A stretch of DNA of 64,000 bases from an uncultured Thermoleophilia bacterium (lineage in GTDB: Bacteria; Actinomycetota; Thermoleophilia; Gaiellales; Gaiellaceae): contig CAWEKT010000001.1 in assembly GCA_963809765.1 (NCBI GenBank), positions 253,973 through 317,972 of the forward strand, given 5' to 3'. The position numbers were made by a program, and so were the translations under genes. Shown piece after piece: positions 33,464 to 41,943 of this stretch. The notes beneath the pieces were generated by a model. The model searched no databases and was not told the DNA's origin. It saw only the letters and a program-made list of their open reading frames with translations. Each line of letters begins with the position of its first letter. Within the stretch, counting starts at the first letter, position 1.

Positions 33464-34306
33464 ATGCGGACGATCTGGAACGGTTCCATCAGCTTCGGGC
33501 TGGTCAACATCCCCATCGGGCTCGCGCTCGCGACGCAGCGATCCGACGTGGCCTTCCGCACCCTGCATCGCGAGTGCGGCACGCCGATCAAGCAGAAGCG
33601 CTGGTGCCCCGTCCACGAGCGCGATGTCGAGGCCGACGAGCTCGTCAAGGGCTGGGAGTTCGTGAAGGGCGAGTACGTCATGGTCGAGGACTCGGACCTC
33701 GAGGCGGTGGCGCTGCAGCGCTCGCAGTCGATCGAGATCGTGCGGTTCGTCAAGCTGGCCGAGGTCGACCCGGTCTACTTCGACCGCACCTACTACCTCG
33801 CGCCCGCGTCCGCCCCGGCGGCGCGGCGGCCCTACGTGCTGCTGCTCCGGGCGCTGACCGACACCGGCATGGCCGCGATCGGACGCTTCGTGCTGTGGGG
33901 CAAGGAGAACCTGTGCCTTATCCGTCCGCACGGCGACTCACTCGCCCTGGAGACACTCTTCCTCGCCGAGGACGTGCGCTCTCGCGCGGAGATCGAGGAA
34001 GCGGTCGCCGACACCGACGTTCAGGCGGCCGAGCTCGACCTGGCCCAGCAGGTGATCCAGAGCCTCGTTGGCGAGTTCGTGCCGGAGGACTTCGAGAACC
34101 AGCACCGGCGCGAAATCCGGGAGATGCTCGAGGCGAAGCTGGCCGGCAAGGAGATCACCCGGCCGGAGCCCGTCGAGGAGACGCCGGTCGTCGACCTCAT
34201 GGAAGCGCTGCGGCGAAGCGTGGAGCAGGCGCAGGACGAGGAGAAGCCTCGCCGGGTACGCAAGACCTCGTCGAAGCCGCGCGCGAAGACCGCCGCCAAA
34301 AAGTGA
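33464..34306 (+). CDS. ku: Non-homologous end-joining protein Ku
   Basis: 280 aa. MRTIWNGSISFGLVNIPIGL N-terminus, Ku core, Lys-rich C-terminal tail. Confidence 0.92.
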   Translation: MRTIWNGSISFGLVNIPIGLALATQRSDVAFRTLHRECGTPIKQKRWCPVHERDVEADELVKGWEFVKGEYVMVEDSDLEAVALQRSQSIEIVRFVKLAEVDPVYFDRTYYLAPASAPAARRPYVLLLRALTDTGMAAIGRFVLWGKENLCLIRPHGDSLALETLFLAEDVRSRAEIEEAVADTDVQAAELDLAQQVIQSLVGEFVPEDFENQHRREIREMLEAKLAGKEITRPEPVEETPVVDLMEALRRSVEQAQDEEKPRRVRKTSSKPRAKTAAKK

Positions 34307-34327
34307 GCGCGGCTTCCGCCGCGCTCA
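34298..34327 (-). terminator. Intrinsic terminator of the small minus-strand ORF, embedded in the ku 3' end
   Basis: Perfect 10-bp stem TGAGCGCGGC-ttcc-GCCGCGCTCA (34304-34327). On the minus strand it is followed by CTTTTTGG. Confidence 0.6.
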
Positions 34328-34350
34328 GCTAGAACCGGCTGGGCGCGCGG

Positions 34351-34530
34351 TCAGGCTGCGCGCACCTCGCTCGGCGAGCCTCCCGTCGCCTGGAGCTGTG
34401 CCTGGAACAGGGTCTTGTCGATCTTGCCTTGGTAGATCGGCACTCCCTCCTCGATGCAGACCCGGATGATTTCCTGCCTGTCGATCCCGATCTCCTTCGA
34501 CAGCTCCTCGGGCGTGAGGTGGTTCGCCAT
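34351..34530 (-). CDS. Small (59 aa) HTH-like protein, possibly excisionase/BldC-type DNA-binding fold
   Basis: Not in the ORF track because it is under 60 aa. GGGAGG lies 6 nt upstream of ATG 34530. Sequence: MANHLTPEELSKEIGIDRQEIIRVCIEEGVPIYQGKIDKTLFQAQLQATGGSPSEVRAA. High GC3 and its own downstream terminator. The family assignment is a guess from the LTxxEhxxxhGh...G.hP pattern. Confidence 0.6.
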   Translation of the reverse strand: MANHLTPEELSKEIGIDRQEIIRVCIEEGVPIYQGKIDKTLFQAQLQATGGSPSEVRAA

Positions 34531-34550
34531 AAATGCCTCCCGTTAGAACG

Positions 34551-34581
34551 AAAAAACCCGCCGGCACGCTCGCCGGACGGG
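34551..34581 (-). terminator. Canonical stem plus U6 terminator-like element immediately 5' of the small ORF (leader attenuator or sRNA 3' end)
   Basis: Minus strand reads CCCGTCCGGC-gagcgt-GCCGGCGGG followed by TTTTTT, ending about 10 nt before the SD of the 34530 ORF. Confidence 0.55.
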
Positions 34582-34597
34582 CTCTGACTTCCGTCGC

Positions 34598-35512
34598 TTG
34601 TCGATTGTGGCGGGAATCAGCGGTCCCGCCTCCGCGATCGATGCATGGCTTCAAGAATATCGTCCCGGCATGACGCTGGCAAAGGGGGTGCCGGGACTCG
34701 AGGAGCACCGGGCCGAGGTGCGCGGCGTCGCCCTCCGCTACTGGATCGGTGGGACGGGCCCGCCCGTGGTGCTCGTTCACGGACTCAGCGGCTCAGCGGC
34801 CAACTGGGCCGCCATCGCTCCGTTGCTGGTCGAGCGGTTTCGAGTGCTCGTACCCGACCTGCCCGGCCATGCGGGGTCGGCGGCGCTGCCGGCCGCGCCT
34901 GACCTGTCGCCCTACGCGGACGTCGTCCACGAGCTCGCCGGGCGGCACGGGATGCTTCCCGCCGCCGTGGCCGGGCACTCCTTCGGCGGCAGCGTGGCCG
35001 TTCGCTTCGCGTCCCGGTACGCGGCCGACACGACAGGCCTGCTGCTCGCGGGCTCGTCGGGGCTGTCGTCGGCCACGACGCTCGGCGAGCTCGTGCTTGG
35101 CGCGCTCGCGTCGGTCAAGCCAGGGCGGCGCATCGCGCGGTTCCAGCGCCAGATCGCGTCCAGCCCGCTCCTGCGACAGCTCGTCTTCGGGCTCTGGGGG
35201 ACACCCGACGCGGCTTCGCTGTCACCGCAAGCCGTTGCCTGGTTGCTCGGCGACCTCCGTCTGCACACCGACGTCTGGGGCGCCGCCCGCGCGCTGCTCG
35301 GGGAGGACACGCGGGCGCTGCTCGCTGGAGTGCGCTCTCCGACCCTGGTGCTCTGGGGCGCTGACGACCGCCTGACCCCCGTAGCCGACGGGCTCGAGTT
35401 CGCGCGGCTGCTGCGCGCGGAGCTGCGCGTCATCGCGGGCTGCGGCCACCTCCTCGTCTTCGAGCGGCCGGCAGCGTGCGCCGACGCTGTTGCGGCGCTG
35501 GCGACGGCCTAG
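34598..35512 (+). CDS. Alpha/beta-fold hydrolase
   Basis: 304-aa ORF; ATG 34670 is the more likely start. VVLVHGLSGSAANW, nucleophile elbow GHSFGG, C-terminal GCGHLLVFERP. Confidence 0.85.
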   Translation: MSIVAGISGPASAIDAWLQEYRPGMTLAKGVPGLEEHRAEVRGVALRYWIGGTGPPVVLVHGLSGSAANWAAIAPLLVERFRVLVPDLPGHAGSAALPAAPDLSPYADVVHELAGRHGMLPAAVAGHSFGGSVAVRFASRYAADTTGLLLAGSSGLSSATTLGELVLGALASVKPGRRIARFQRQIASSPLLRQLVFGLWGTPDAASLSPQAVAWLLGDLRLHTDVWGAARALLGEDTRALLAGVRSPTLVLWGADDRLTPVADGLEFARLLRAELRVIAGCGHLLVFERPAACADAVAALATA

Positions 35513-36252
35513 ACCGGGTTCGGCAGCTCGATGAACTGCCAGGGAAGCCCGAACCGCTCGCCGATGCGGGCGGCGAGGGCCTGGACCCCGAGCCGCTCGG
35601 TGGCGTAGTGGCCGGCGGCGACGAAGTGGATCCCGAGCTCCTGGGCGAGGTGCAGTGAGGGCTCGGCCGGCTCGCCGGTGATGAACGCGTCGTACCCTTC
35701 GCGCGCGGCGTCGACGGTGTAGCGGGCCGCTCCGCCTGAGATGACGGCGACGCGCCCGACGCGCTCCGGCCCGCCGGGGAAGACCAGCGGCTCGCGGTCG
35801 AGGCACTCGGCGATCCGCTGCGCCAGCTCCTCGATCGCGAGCGGAGGGTCGAAGCGACCACCGACGCCGAGTCCGGCGAAGGGGCCGTCGACGCTCAGGC
35901 CGAGCTCGCGTGCCAGCAGTGCGTTGTTGCCGATCTCCGGGTGGGCATCGAGCGCGAGGTGGTAGGCGGCGAGCGAGATGCCGGTGTCGAACAGCACCTC
36001 GAGCTTGCGGCGCATCTGGTCGTCGATCGCGCGCGGCTGGTTGTCCCAGAGAAGGCCGTGGTGAACAAGCAGGAGGTCCGCGCCCGCCTCGGCGGTGCGC
36101 TCGAAGAGCTCGAGTGAGGCCGAGACTCCGCACGCAATCGAGGTCACCTCGGTGGTGCCTGCGACCTGCAAGCCCATCGGCCCGTAGTCCGGATGCTCCT
36201 CGATCGCGAGCAGGTCGTTCGCGTAGGCGATCACGTCGTCGCGCCGCGCCAC
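35509..36252 (-). CDS. Nif3-like dinuclear metal-centre protein (YbgI family)
   Basis: 247 aa. DYGPMGLQVAG, LLLVHHGLLW, FVAAGHYATERLGV. Confidence 0.85.
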   Translation of the reverse strand: MARRDDVIAYANDLLAIEEHPDYGPMGLQVAGTTEVTSIACGVSASLELFERTAEAGADLLLVHHGLLWDNQPRAIDDQMRRKLEVLFDTGISLAAYHLALDAHPEIGNNALLARELGLSVDGPFAGLGVGGRFDPPLAIEELAQRIAECLDREPLVFPGGPERVGRVAVISGGAARYTVDAAREGYDAFITGEPAEPSLHLAQELGIHFVAAGHYATERLGVQALAARIGERFGLPWQFIELPNPV

Positions 36253-36276
36253 GGCGGCGACTGTAGCGGGCGCCGG

Positions 36277-36636
36277 TCATGCGGCCGCTGCCTCCTCCGC
36301 GTCGAACGGCGTCGCACCCTCCGCGGCCCGCTCGCTGCGGTCGAGGAAGCTCACGCGGCCGGCGGTGACCTCGACCATCCATCGCCGATTGCCCTCCTGG
36401 TCAGTCCAGGAGCTGCTCCGGAGCCGCCCCTCCACGCCGACCTTGCGGCCCTTGGAGAGGTGCTCGGTGCAGACCTCGGCCTGGCGGTCCCAGGTGCAGA
36501 TGCGGATGAAGTCCGCCTGGTCGTCCCGGCCGCGCCTGTCGACCGCGAGCAGGAACGACGCAACCTTCTTGCCCTCTCCGACCTCGCGTAGGTCCACGTC
36601 CGTGGCGAGGTTTCCCACGAGTGCGACGCTGTTCAC
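36277..36636 (-). CDS. ssb: Single-stranded DNA-binding protein (short paralogue)
   Basis: 119 aa. OB fold MNSVALVGNLATDVDLREVGEGKKVASF...FIRICTWDRQAEVCTEHLSKGRKVGVEGRL. Short tail ending PFDAEEAAAA. Confidence 0.85.
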   Translation of the reverse strand: MNSVALVGNLATDVDLREVGEGKKVASFLLAVDRRGRDDQADFIRICTWDRQAEVCTEHLSKGRKVGVEGRLRSSSWTDQEGNRRWMVEVTAGRVSFLDRSERAAEGATPFDAEEAAAA

Positions 36637-36784
36637 GTTGCCTCCTTCGTTCTCTTTCGAGGCAACGTAGCCGGGACGGTGTGCCGGGTCTGCGACGGAG
36701 GTGTGCCGAGTCCGAATCGGCTCCGGAACGCGGCCAGACGGGGGGCAGGAAGCGCGGGGAACCCTGCGCTACGCTGTGACTCCT

Positions 36785-36858
36785 CGGGGTGTGGCGCAGC
36801 CTGGTAGCGCGCTCCGTTCGGGTCGGAGAGGTCCCCAGTTCAAATCTGGGCACCCCGA
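36785..36858 (+). tRNA. tRNA-Pro (anticodon CGG)
   Basis: 74-nt cloverleaf. Acceptor CGGGGTG/CACCCCG plus discriminator A. D arm GCGC-AGCCTGGTA-GCGC. Anticodon arm CTCCG-TTCGGGT-CGGAG. T arm CCCAG-TTCAAAT-CTGGG. CCA is not encoded. Confidence 0.93.
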
Positions 36859-36912
36859 CTGCAGCGGCGGGGAACGCCGGTTCCCCGCCGCGCAGGGCTA
36901 TCCTCGGCCGCA

Positions 36913-37750
36913 ATGTCAGACCGCCTTCGCGTGGCCTGCGTGCAGCTCACGAGCCGCGCCGACAAGGCGGCGAACCTCGAGCGGGCCGAAGCGCTCGTCT
37001 CCGAGGCGGCCGCGGCCGGCGCCGACCTGATCGTCCTGCCCGAGAAGTGGAACACGATCGGCACGACCGAGCAGCTGCACGCGGCCGCGGAGCCGCTCGA
37101 CGGCGGCGTGTCCGTCGCTGGCGATGGCTGACTGGGCCCGCCGTCACGGCGTCGTGCTCGTGGGCGGTTCGATCACGGAACGCCGCGAAGGCAGGGAGAA
37201 GCTCTCCAACACGTCGCTCGTCTTCGACCGCGACGGGTCCCTGAGCGCCGTCTACCGAAAGATCCACCTGTTCGACGTCGACGTCGGCGGCCACGTCTAC
37301 CGCGAGTCGGACGCCGAGGAGCCCGGAGACGTCGTCGTCACTGCAGACGCGGCCGGCTGGAAGCTCGGCCTCTCCGTCTGTTACGACGTCCGCTTCCCCG
37401 AGCTCTACCGGATCCTCGCGCTCGAGGGTGCGGAGCTCGTCACCGTGCCGGCGCACTTCACGCTCTACACGGGCAAGGATCACTGGCACCTGCTGCTGCG
37501 CGCCCGAGCCGTCGAGAACCAGCTCTACGTCGCCGCCGCGGCACAGATCGGCGAGACGATGCCCGGCAAGCTGAGCTACGGCCGCTCGCTGATCGCGGAC
37601 CCATGGGGCATCGTCCTGGCTGAGGCGCCGGACGAGGAGACGGTCATCGTCGCCGAGGTCGATCGCTCCCGCCTGCTGGACGTGCGCGCCACGCTGCCGT
37701 CGTTCGCGAACCGACAGGCGGCCGCGTACCGTTGGCCCATCCCGGCCTAG
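36913..37750 (+). CDS. Carbon-nitrogen hydrolase (nitrilase superfamily, Nit/omega-amidase-like); one frame break near 37105-37120
   Basis: RVACVQLTS...LIVLPEKW (Glu) is in the frame of ORF 36913. YRKIHLFD (Lys) and LSVCYDVRFPE (Cys) are in the +1 frame of ORF 37124..37750. Confidence 0.85.
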
Positions 37751-38602
37751 CCTGGCTCGAGCGACTCGGAGGAAGGCCGCACGTGGCTCGGGCGGCTGCC
37801 GCGACTCGTCGACGAGGCGCTCGAGCACTGGGCGCTTGGACAGGGCGGGGGAGCCGTTCGCGTACGCCTACGCCTCGCTGGCGCTCCCGGTGACTCGGGC
37901 GGACGGGTCTCCGGCGGTGCTCAAGGTCCAGTTTCCCGACCGGGAGAGCGAGCACGAGGCCGACGCACTCGCGCTCTGGGACGGCGCAGGCGCCGTCCGG
38001 CTGCTCGAGCACGACCGCGAGCGGGCCACGCTCCTGCTCGAGCGCTGCCTGCCGGGGACGCCGCTCGCCGCAGCAGGCCCCCAGGCAGCGCTCGAGGTGC
38101 TGGTCGAGCTGCTGCCTCGGCTCTGGAAGCCGGCGGGCGCGCCGATCCACACGCTGGCCGACGAGGCGGCGTGGTGGGTCGTCCTCATTGCCGGACGCGT
38201 GGGAGCGCGCCGGCCGTCCGTGCGACCGCACGGTTGCTCGACGCCGCGCTGGAGGCCTTGAGGGAGCTGCCGCGAACCCAGGGCGAGCTCGTGCTGCTCC
38301 ACCAGGACCTCCACGGGGACAATGTGCTGGCCGCCGAGCGGGAGCCGTGGCTCGTCATCGATCCGAAGCCGCTCGTCGGCGAGCGGGAGTTCGCGGTCGC
38401 GCCGATCGTTCGCTCGCTTCGAGCTCGGCCACAGCCGTGCCCAGGTCCTCGCGCGCTTCGATCGCCTGACCGGCGCAGCTCGAGCTCGACCGCGAGCGCG
38501 CACGCGGGTGGACGATCGGCCAGACGCTCGCCTGGGCATTCGACAGCGGCTACTCGCCAGAGCCACCTCGAGACGGCGCAGTGGCTGCTGGAGGCCGCGT
38601 GA
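37751..38602 (+). pseudogene. Aminoglycoside phosphotransferase family (APH(6)/streptomycin-kinase-like), at least six frame breaks
   Basis: Conserved blocks hop frames in order. GRTWLGRLPRLVDEALEHWA, then LDRAGEPF...ADGSPAVLKVQFPD...LLLERCLPG. Next LPDAWERAGRP, then RLLDAALEAL...LLHQDLHGDNVL...WLVIDPKPLVGE. Next FELGHSRAQVLARFDRLTG, then LELDRERARGWTIGQTLAWAF, and finally HLETAQWLLEAA-stop. The N-terminus and start are unresolved. Confidence 0.75.
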
Positions 38603-39285
38603 CGATCGAGGCGGTTCTCTTCGACGTCGACTTCACGCTCGCTCGGCCGGGCCCGGAGCTCGGCCCGGAGGGCTACCGGCGGCTGGGCGAGCGCTTCGGG
38701 CTGACGCTCGACCCCGCGCGATACGACGACGCCCGGGCGGCCGCGCGGGAATCGCTGCAGCACCATCCCGAGCTCCGCCACGACGAGGAGATCTGGGTGG
38801 CGTTCACGGCCGAGATCGTCCGCGGCATGGGGGGTAGCGACCCGGCCGCCGGCGAGGCCGCGGTCGAGATGACGCAGGCCTGGGCCGTCCACCACAACTT
38901 CGAGCTCTACGAAGACGCTTTGCCCGTGCTCGAGGAGCTCCGCCGCCACGGCCTCAAGATCGGGCTCGTCTCGAACACGGGCCGCGACCTCGATGAGTTC
39001 CTGGCGCACCACGCAGTCCCCTGCGACGCGAGCCTGGCGTCCGGCGCGCACGGCTTCGTCAAGCCGCACCGGAGCATCTTCGAAGCGGTGCTCGAGCGGC
39101 TCGGGGTCGGGGCTGACGCCGCCGCGATGGTCGGCGACTCCCCGCAGGACGACATCGAGGGTGCGCGGGCGCTCGGCATGCGCGCGTTCCTGCTCGACCG
39201 CGACGGCCGCTATCCGGAGTGGGAGGGGCGGATCCCCGACCTGTTCTCCCTGCCGGCGGCGCTGGGGCTGAGCCGGCCGCGCTAG
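38599..39285 (+). CDS. HAD-superfamily hydrolase
   Basis: 228 aa from GTG 38599, which overlaps the stop of the preceding gene (GTGA). LFDVDFTL motif I, GLVSNTG motif II, MVGDSPQDDIEGA motif IV. Confidence 0.85.
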   Translation: MTIEAVLFDVDFTLARPGPELGPEGYRRLGERFGLTLDPARYDDARAAARESLQHHPELRHDEEIWVAFTAEIVRGMGGSDPAAGEAAVEMTQAWAVHHNFELYEDALPVLEELRRHGLKIGLVSNTGRDLDEFLAHHAVPCDASLASGAHGFVKPHRSIFEAVLERLGVGADAAAMVGDSPQDDIEGARALGMRAFLLDRDGRYPEWEGRIPDLFSLPAALGLSRPR

Positions 39286-40241
39286 AGAGCGCCGGCCTGG
39301 AGCTCGGCTCGGCAGGCGTCAGTGTGCTCGCCGAGCCGGGGCGCTTCGCCGGGCGCTTCCAGGCCGAGCGCCGCCGCTGCCTCCTCGAGCGTCGCGACCG
39401 GCCCGGCGCAGACGTCCTCACCGTCGAAGCGCTCGAGCCACTCCGCGAGCGGACGCGTCTGGATGACCGCCGCCAGCTCCGCAGCCAGCGACTCCTGATC
39501 TTCGTCGAAGTGACGGGCCGCGAGCTCCGGCCGGCCGAGCAGCTCGCAGAGGCGGGCGAAGAACTTGGGCTCGAGCGCGCCGACAGTGAGGTAGCGCCTG
39601 TCCGCGGCCGGGTAGATGCGGTAGCAGGCGAGCCCGCCTGTCAGCAGCCGGCCGGTCGGCTCGCCGCCGAGGCGGTGGGCGACGAGCCGGTGCGCGTTGT
39701 GGGTCATCGAGACGACGAGCCTCGACCCGCGGCCGCTGCGCTCGCGTTCGAGCAGCGCGGCCAGGACCTCGGTGACGGCGCCGAGGGCACCTGCGGCCAG
39801 GTCGGCGATGGGGAGTGGGGGGTACGCCGGCGCCGTGTCCGCGAGCGCGCCTGCCCAGCCGAGGTAGTTGAGGTCGTGGCCCGCGCGCAGGTCGTCGGGG
39901 CCGAACCCGGTGATCGAGCAGTAGACGGCGGTCTCGGCTGCTGCCTCCGGGCCCACGCCGAGCCGCTCCGCGACCCCCGGCCGGAAGCCCTCGAGCACGA
40001 CGTCGGCCCGGGCCAGCAGCGCGCGTGCGAGCTCCGGCTCGCGCTTGAGGTCGCAGACGACCGACTCCTTGCCGGCGTTGATCGCCGCGTGCCAGGCGGG
40101 GGCGGTCGCCCGCAGCGGGTCGCCCTCCGGCGGCTCGACGTGGACGACGCGGGCGCCTAGGCGCAGCAGCTCGCGGCTCGCGAAGGGTCCGGGCAGGTAG
40201 CGCGTGAGGTCGACGACGAGCCGGCCCTGCAAGGGAAGCAT
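39282..40241 (-). CDS. Family III CoA-transferase (CaiB/BaiF, racemase-like)
   Basis: 319 aa. RLVVDLTRYLPGPFASRELLRLGARVV, ADVVLEGFRPGVAERLG, AGHDLNYL. Confidence 0.85.
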   Translation of the reverse strand: MLPLQGRLVVDLTRYLPGPFASRELLRLGARVVHVEPPEGDPLRATAPAWHAAINAGKESVVCDLKREPELARALLARADVVLEGFRPGVAERLGVGPEAAAETAVYCSITGFGPDDLRAGHDLNYLGWAGALADTAPAYPPLPIADLAAGALGAVTEVLAALLERERSGRGSRLVVSMTHNAHRLVAHRLGGEPTGRLLTGGLACYRIYPAADRRYLTVGALEPKFFARLCELLGRPELAARHFDEDQESLAAELAAVIQTRPLAEWLERFDGEDVCAGPVATLEEAAAALGLEAPGEAPRLGEHTDACRAELQAGAL

Positions 40242-40270
40242 CGGCGGAACGTACCGCTAGACTCGGCTCG

Positions 40271-40888
40271 TTGGCGTCCTTGACTGATCGGTCAATCGGC
40301 GCCGAGGAGAAGCGGCGCACGATCCTCGACGCAGCCGTCGCGGTGTTCGCCCGCAACGGCTACCACACCTCGCGGGTCGCCGACGTCGCCGCGGAGGCGG
40401 GCGTTGCGCACGGTCTGGTCTACCACTACTTCTCGTCGAAGGAGGCGCTGCTCGACGCCGTGTTCGAGCGCACCTGGAGCGACCTGCTCGAGGCCTGGCG
40501 CGCGGTCGAGCAGTCGCCCCAGCCGGCACGCGAGCAACTGCGCCAGGTGGCGGCGATCGTGCTTCGCTTCTGGCGCCACGACCCGAACCTGGTTCGACTC
40601 CTCGTCCGCGAGGTTGCTCGGAGCCCCCAGGTCGAGCAGCAGGCGGACGCGATCAACGAGGCACTCGCAGTCATCCAGCGGATCGTCGAGCGAGGACAGG
40701 AGCGCGGCGAGTTTCGCCGGGAGCTCGACGGGCGGCTGGCCGCGTGGGTCGTGTACGGCGCGCTCGAGGAGATCCTGACCGGCTGGGTCCTCGGCCGGCT
40801 GCCGGACGCCGACGAGGACGTTGCGCGCGCAGAGGCGACGGTCATCGACCTGCTCACGCACGGGTTGCAGGCCGCCGGATCCGGGTGA
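40271..40888 (+). CDS. TetR-family transcriptional regulator
   Basis: 205 aa from TTG 40271; TTG 40280 is the alternative. HTH ILDAAVAVFARNGYHTSRVADVAAEAGVAHGLVYHYFSSKEAL. Confidence 0.9.
   Translation: MASLTDRSIGAEEKRRTILDAAVAVFARNGYHTSRVADVAAEAGVAHGLVYHYFSSKEALLDAVFERTWSDLLEAWRAVEQSPQPAREQLRQVAAIVLRFWRHDPNLVRLLVREVARSPQVEQQADAINEALAVIQRIVERGQERGEFRRELDGRLAAWVVYGALEEILTGWVLGRLPDADEDVARAEATVIDLLTHGLQAAGSG
40280..40295. promoter_or_regulatory. Palindromic operator-like site TTGACTGATCGGTCAA at the TetR start
   Basis: 7 of 8 palindromic pairs. Lies in the CoA-transferase/TetR divergent region. A near-identical copy sits at 49185-49200. Confidence 0.55.
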
Positions 40889-41943
40889 GCGAACGTGGGC
40901 CGGTGGCTTCGCTGCCGTGGGGCTCGTACACCGACCCGGCGGCGCTACGCCTGGAGGAGGAGCGGGTCTTCCGGCGCTCGTGGCAGTACGCCGCGCGCGC
41001 CGACCAGGTCGCCGAGCCGGGGTCGTATGTGGCGACGAGCGCGGGCGGGCTGCCGGTCGTGGTCGTCCGCGACCGCGAGCGGGTGCTGCGAGCGTTCGTC
41101 AACGTCTGTCGCCACCGCGGCTCGATCGTCTGCGAGGGCGAAGGCCAGCGCGAGACGCTCCAGTGCCCCTACCACGCCTGGACGTACGACCTCGACGGAT
41201 CGCTGCGGGTGGCCCCTCGCGCCGACCGCGAGCACGGCTTCGACCGTGCGGCGCTGGGGCTGTTGCCGGTCGCGGTCGATGCCTGGGGGCCGTTCGTGTT
41301 CGTCAACCCGGACGTCGACGCAGCGCCCCTTCGCGACTGGCTGGGCGGCGTGCCCGGGCTGCTCGCGCGCGACGGGGTCGACGTCGAGTCACTCGTCTTC
41401 CGCCGGCGTGACGAGAGCGAGCTCGAGGCGAACTGGAAGATCTGCGTCGAGAACTACCTCGAGTGCTACCACTGCCCGACCGCGCACCGCGGCTTCTCGC
41501 GCGTGATCGACGTCGCGGAGGACAGGTATCAGCTCGAGGTTGGGCCGCAGCGCGCCAGCCAGTTCTGCAGCCCGTCGCGAAACGGGGGCGCCTTTGCAGG
41601 CGGCCCAGTCGCCGGCGGCCAGTTCCACCTGCTCTTCCCTAACACGGTGGTCAACGTGATGCCGGGGGCGCCGAACCTTTCGATCGGACCGATCGTGCCG
41701 GTCTCACCCGAGCGGACGTCGCGTTGGCTCGACTACTTCTTCGCCGCCGACGCCGACGAGCAGTGGGTCGCCGAGTTCCTCGAGCTCGACGAGCAGGTCG
41801 GCGCCGAGGACCGCGCGCTCGTCGAGCGCGTGCACCGCGGCGTGCGAACAGGTGCGATCGGCGAAGGCGTGCTGCTCGCCGAGTCGGAGCAGCTCGTCGT
41901 GCACTTCGACCATTTGCTGCGCGAAGCACTCGCTCGCTCCTAG
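40885..41943 (+). CDS. Rieske (2Fe-2S) aromatic-ring-hydroxylating oxygenase alpha subunit
   Basis: 352 aa from GTG 40885, which overlaps the TetR stop. CRHRG...CPYHAW Rieske motif. The non-haem iron region includes ENYLECYHCPTAH. Confidence 0.88.
   Translation: MSERGPVASLPWGSYTDPAALRLEEERVFRRSWQYAARADQVAEPGSYVATSAGGLPVVVVRDRERVLRAFVNVCRHRGSIVCEGEGQRETLQCPYHAWTYDLDGSLRVAPRADREHGFDRAALGLLPVAVDAWGPFVFVNPDVDAAPLRDWLGGVPGLLARDGVDVESLVFRRRDESELEANWKICVENYLECYHCPTAHRGFSRVIDVAEDRYQLEVGPQRASQFCSPSRNGGAFAGGPVAGGQFHLLFPNTVVNVMPGAPNLSIGPIVPVSPERTSRWLDYFFAADADEQWVAEFLELDEQVGAEDRALVERVHRGVRTGAIGEGVLLAESEQLVVHFDHLLREALARS

Noticed and set aside
36785-39285. A possible genomic island at tRNA-Pro, which is followed by the broken nitrilase and the APH-like gene.
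   Set aside because: There is no integrase, no direct repeat of the tRNA 3' end, no visible compositional shift and no mobility genes.
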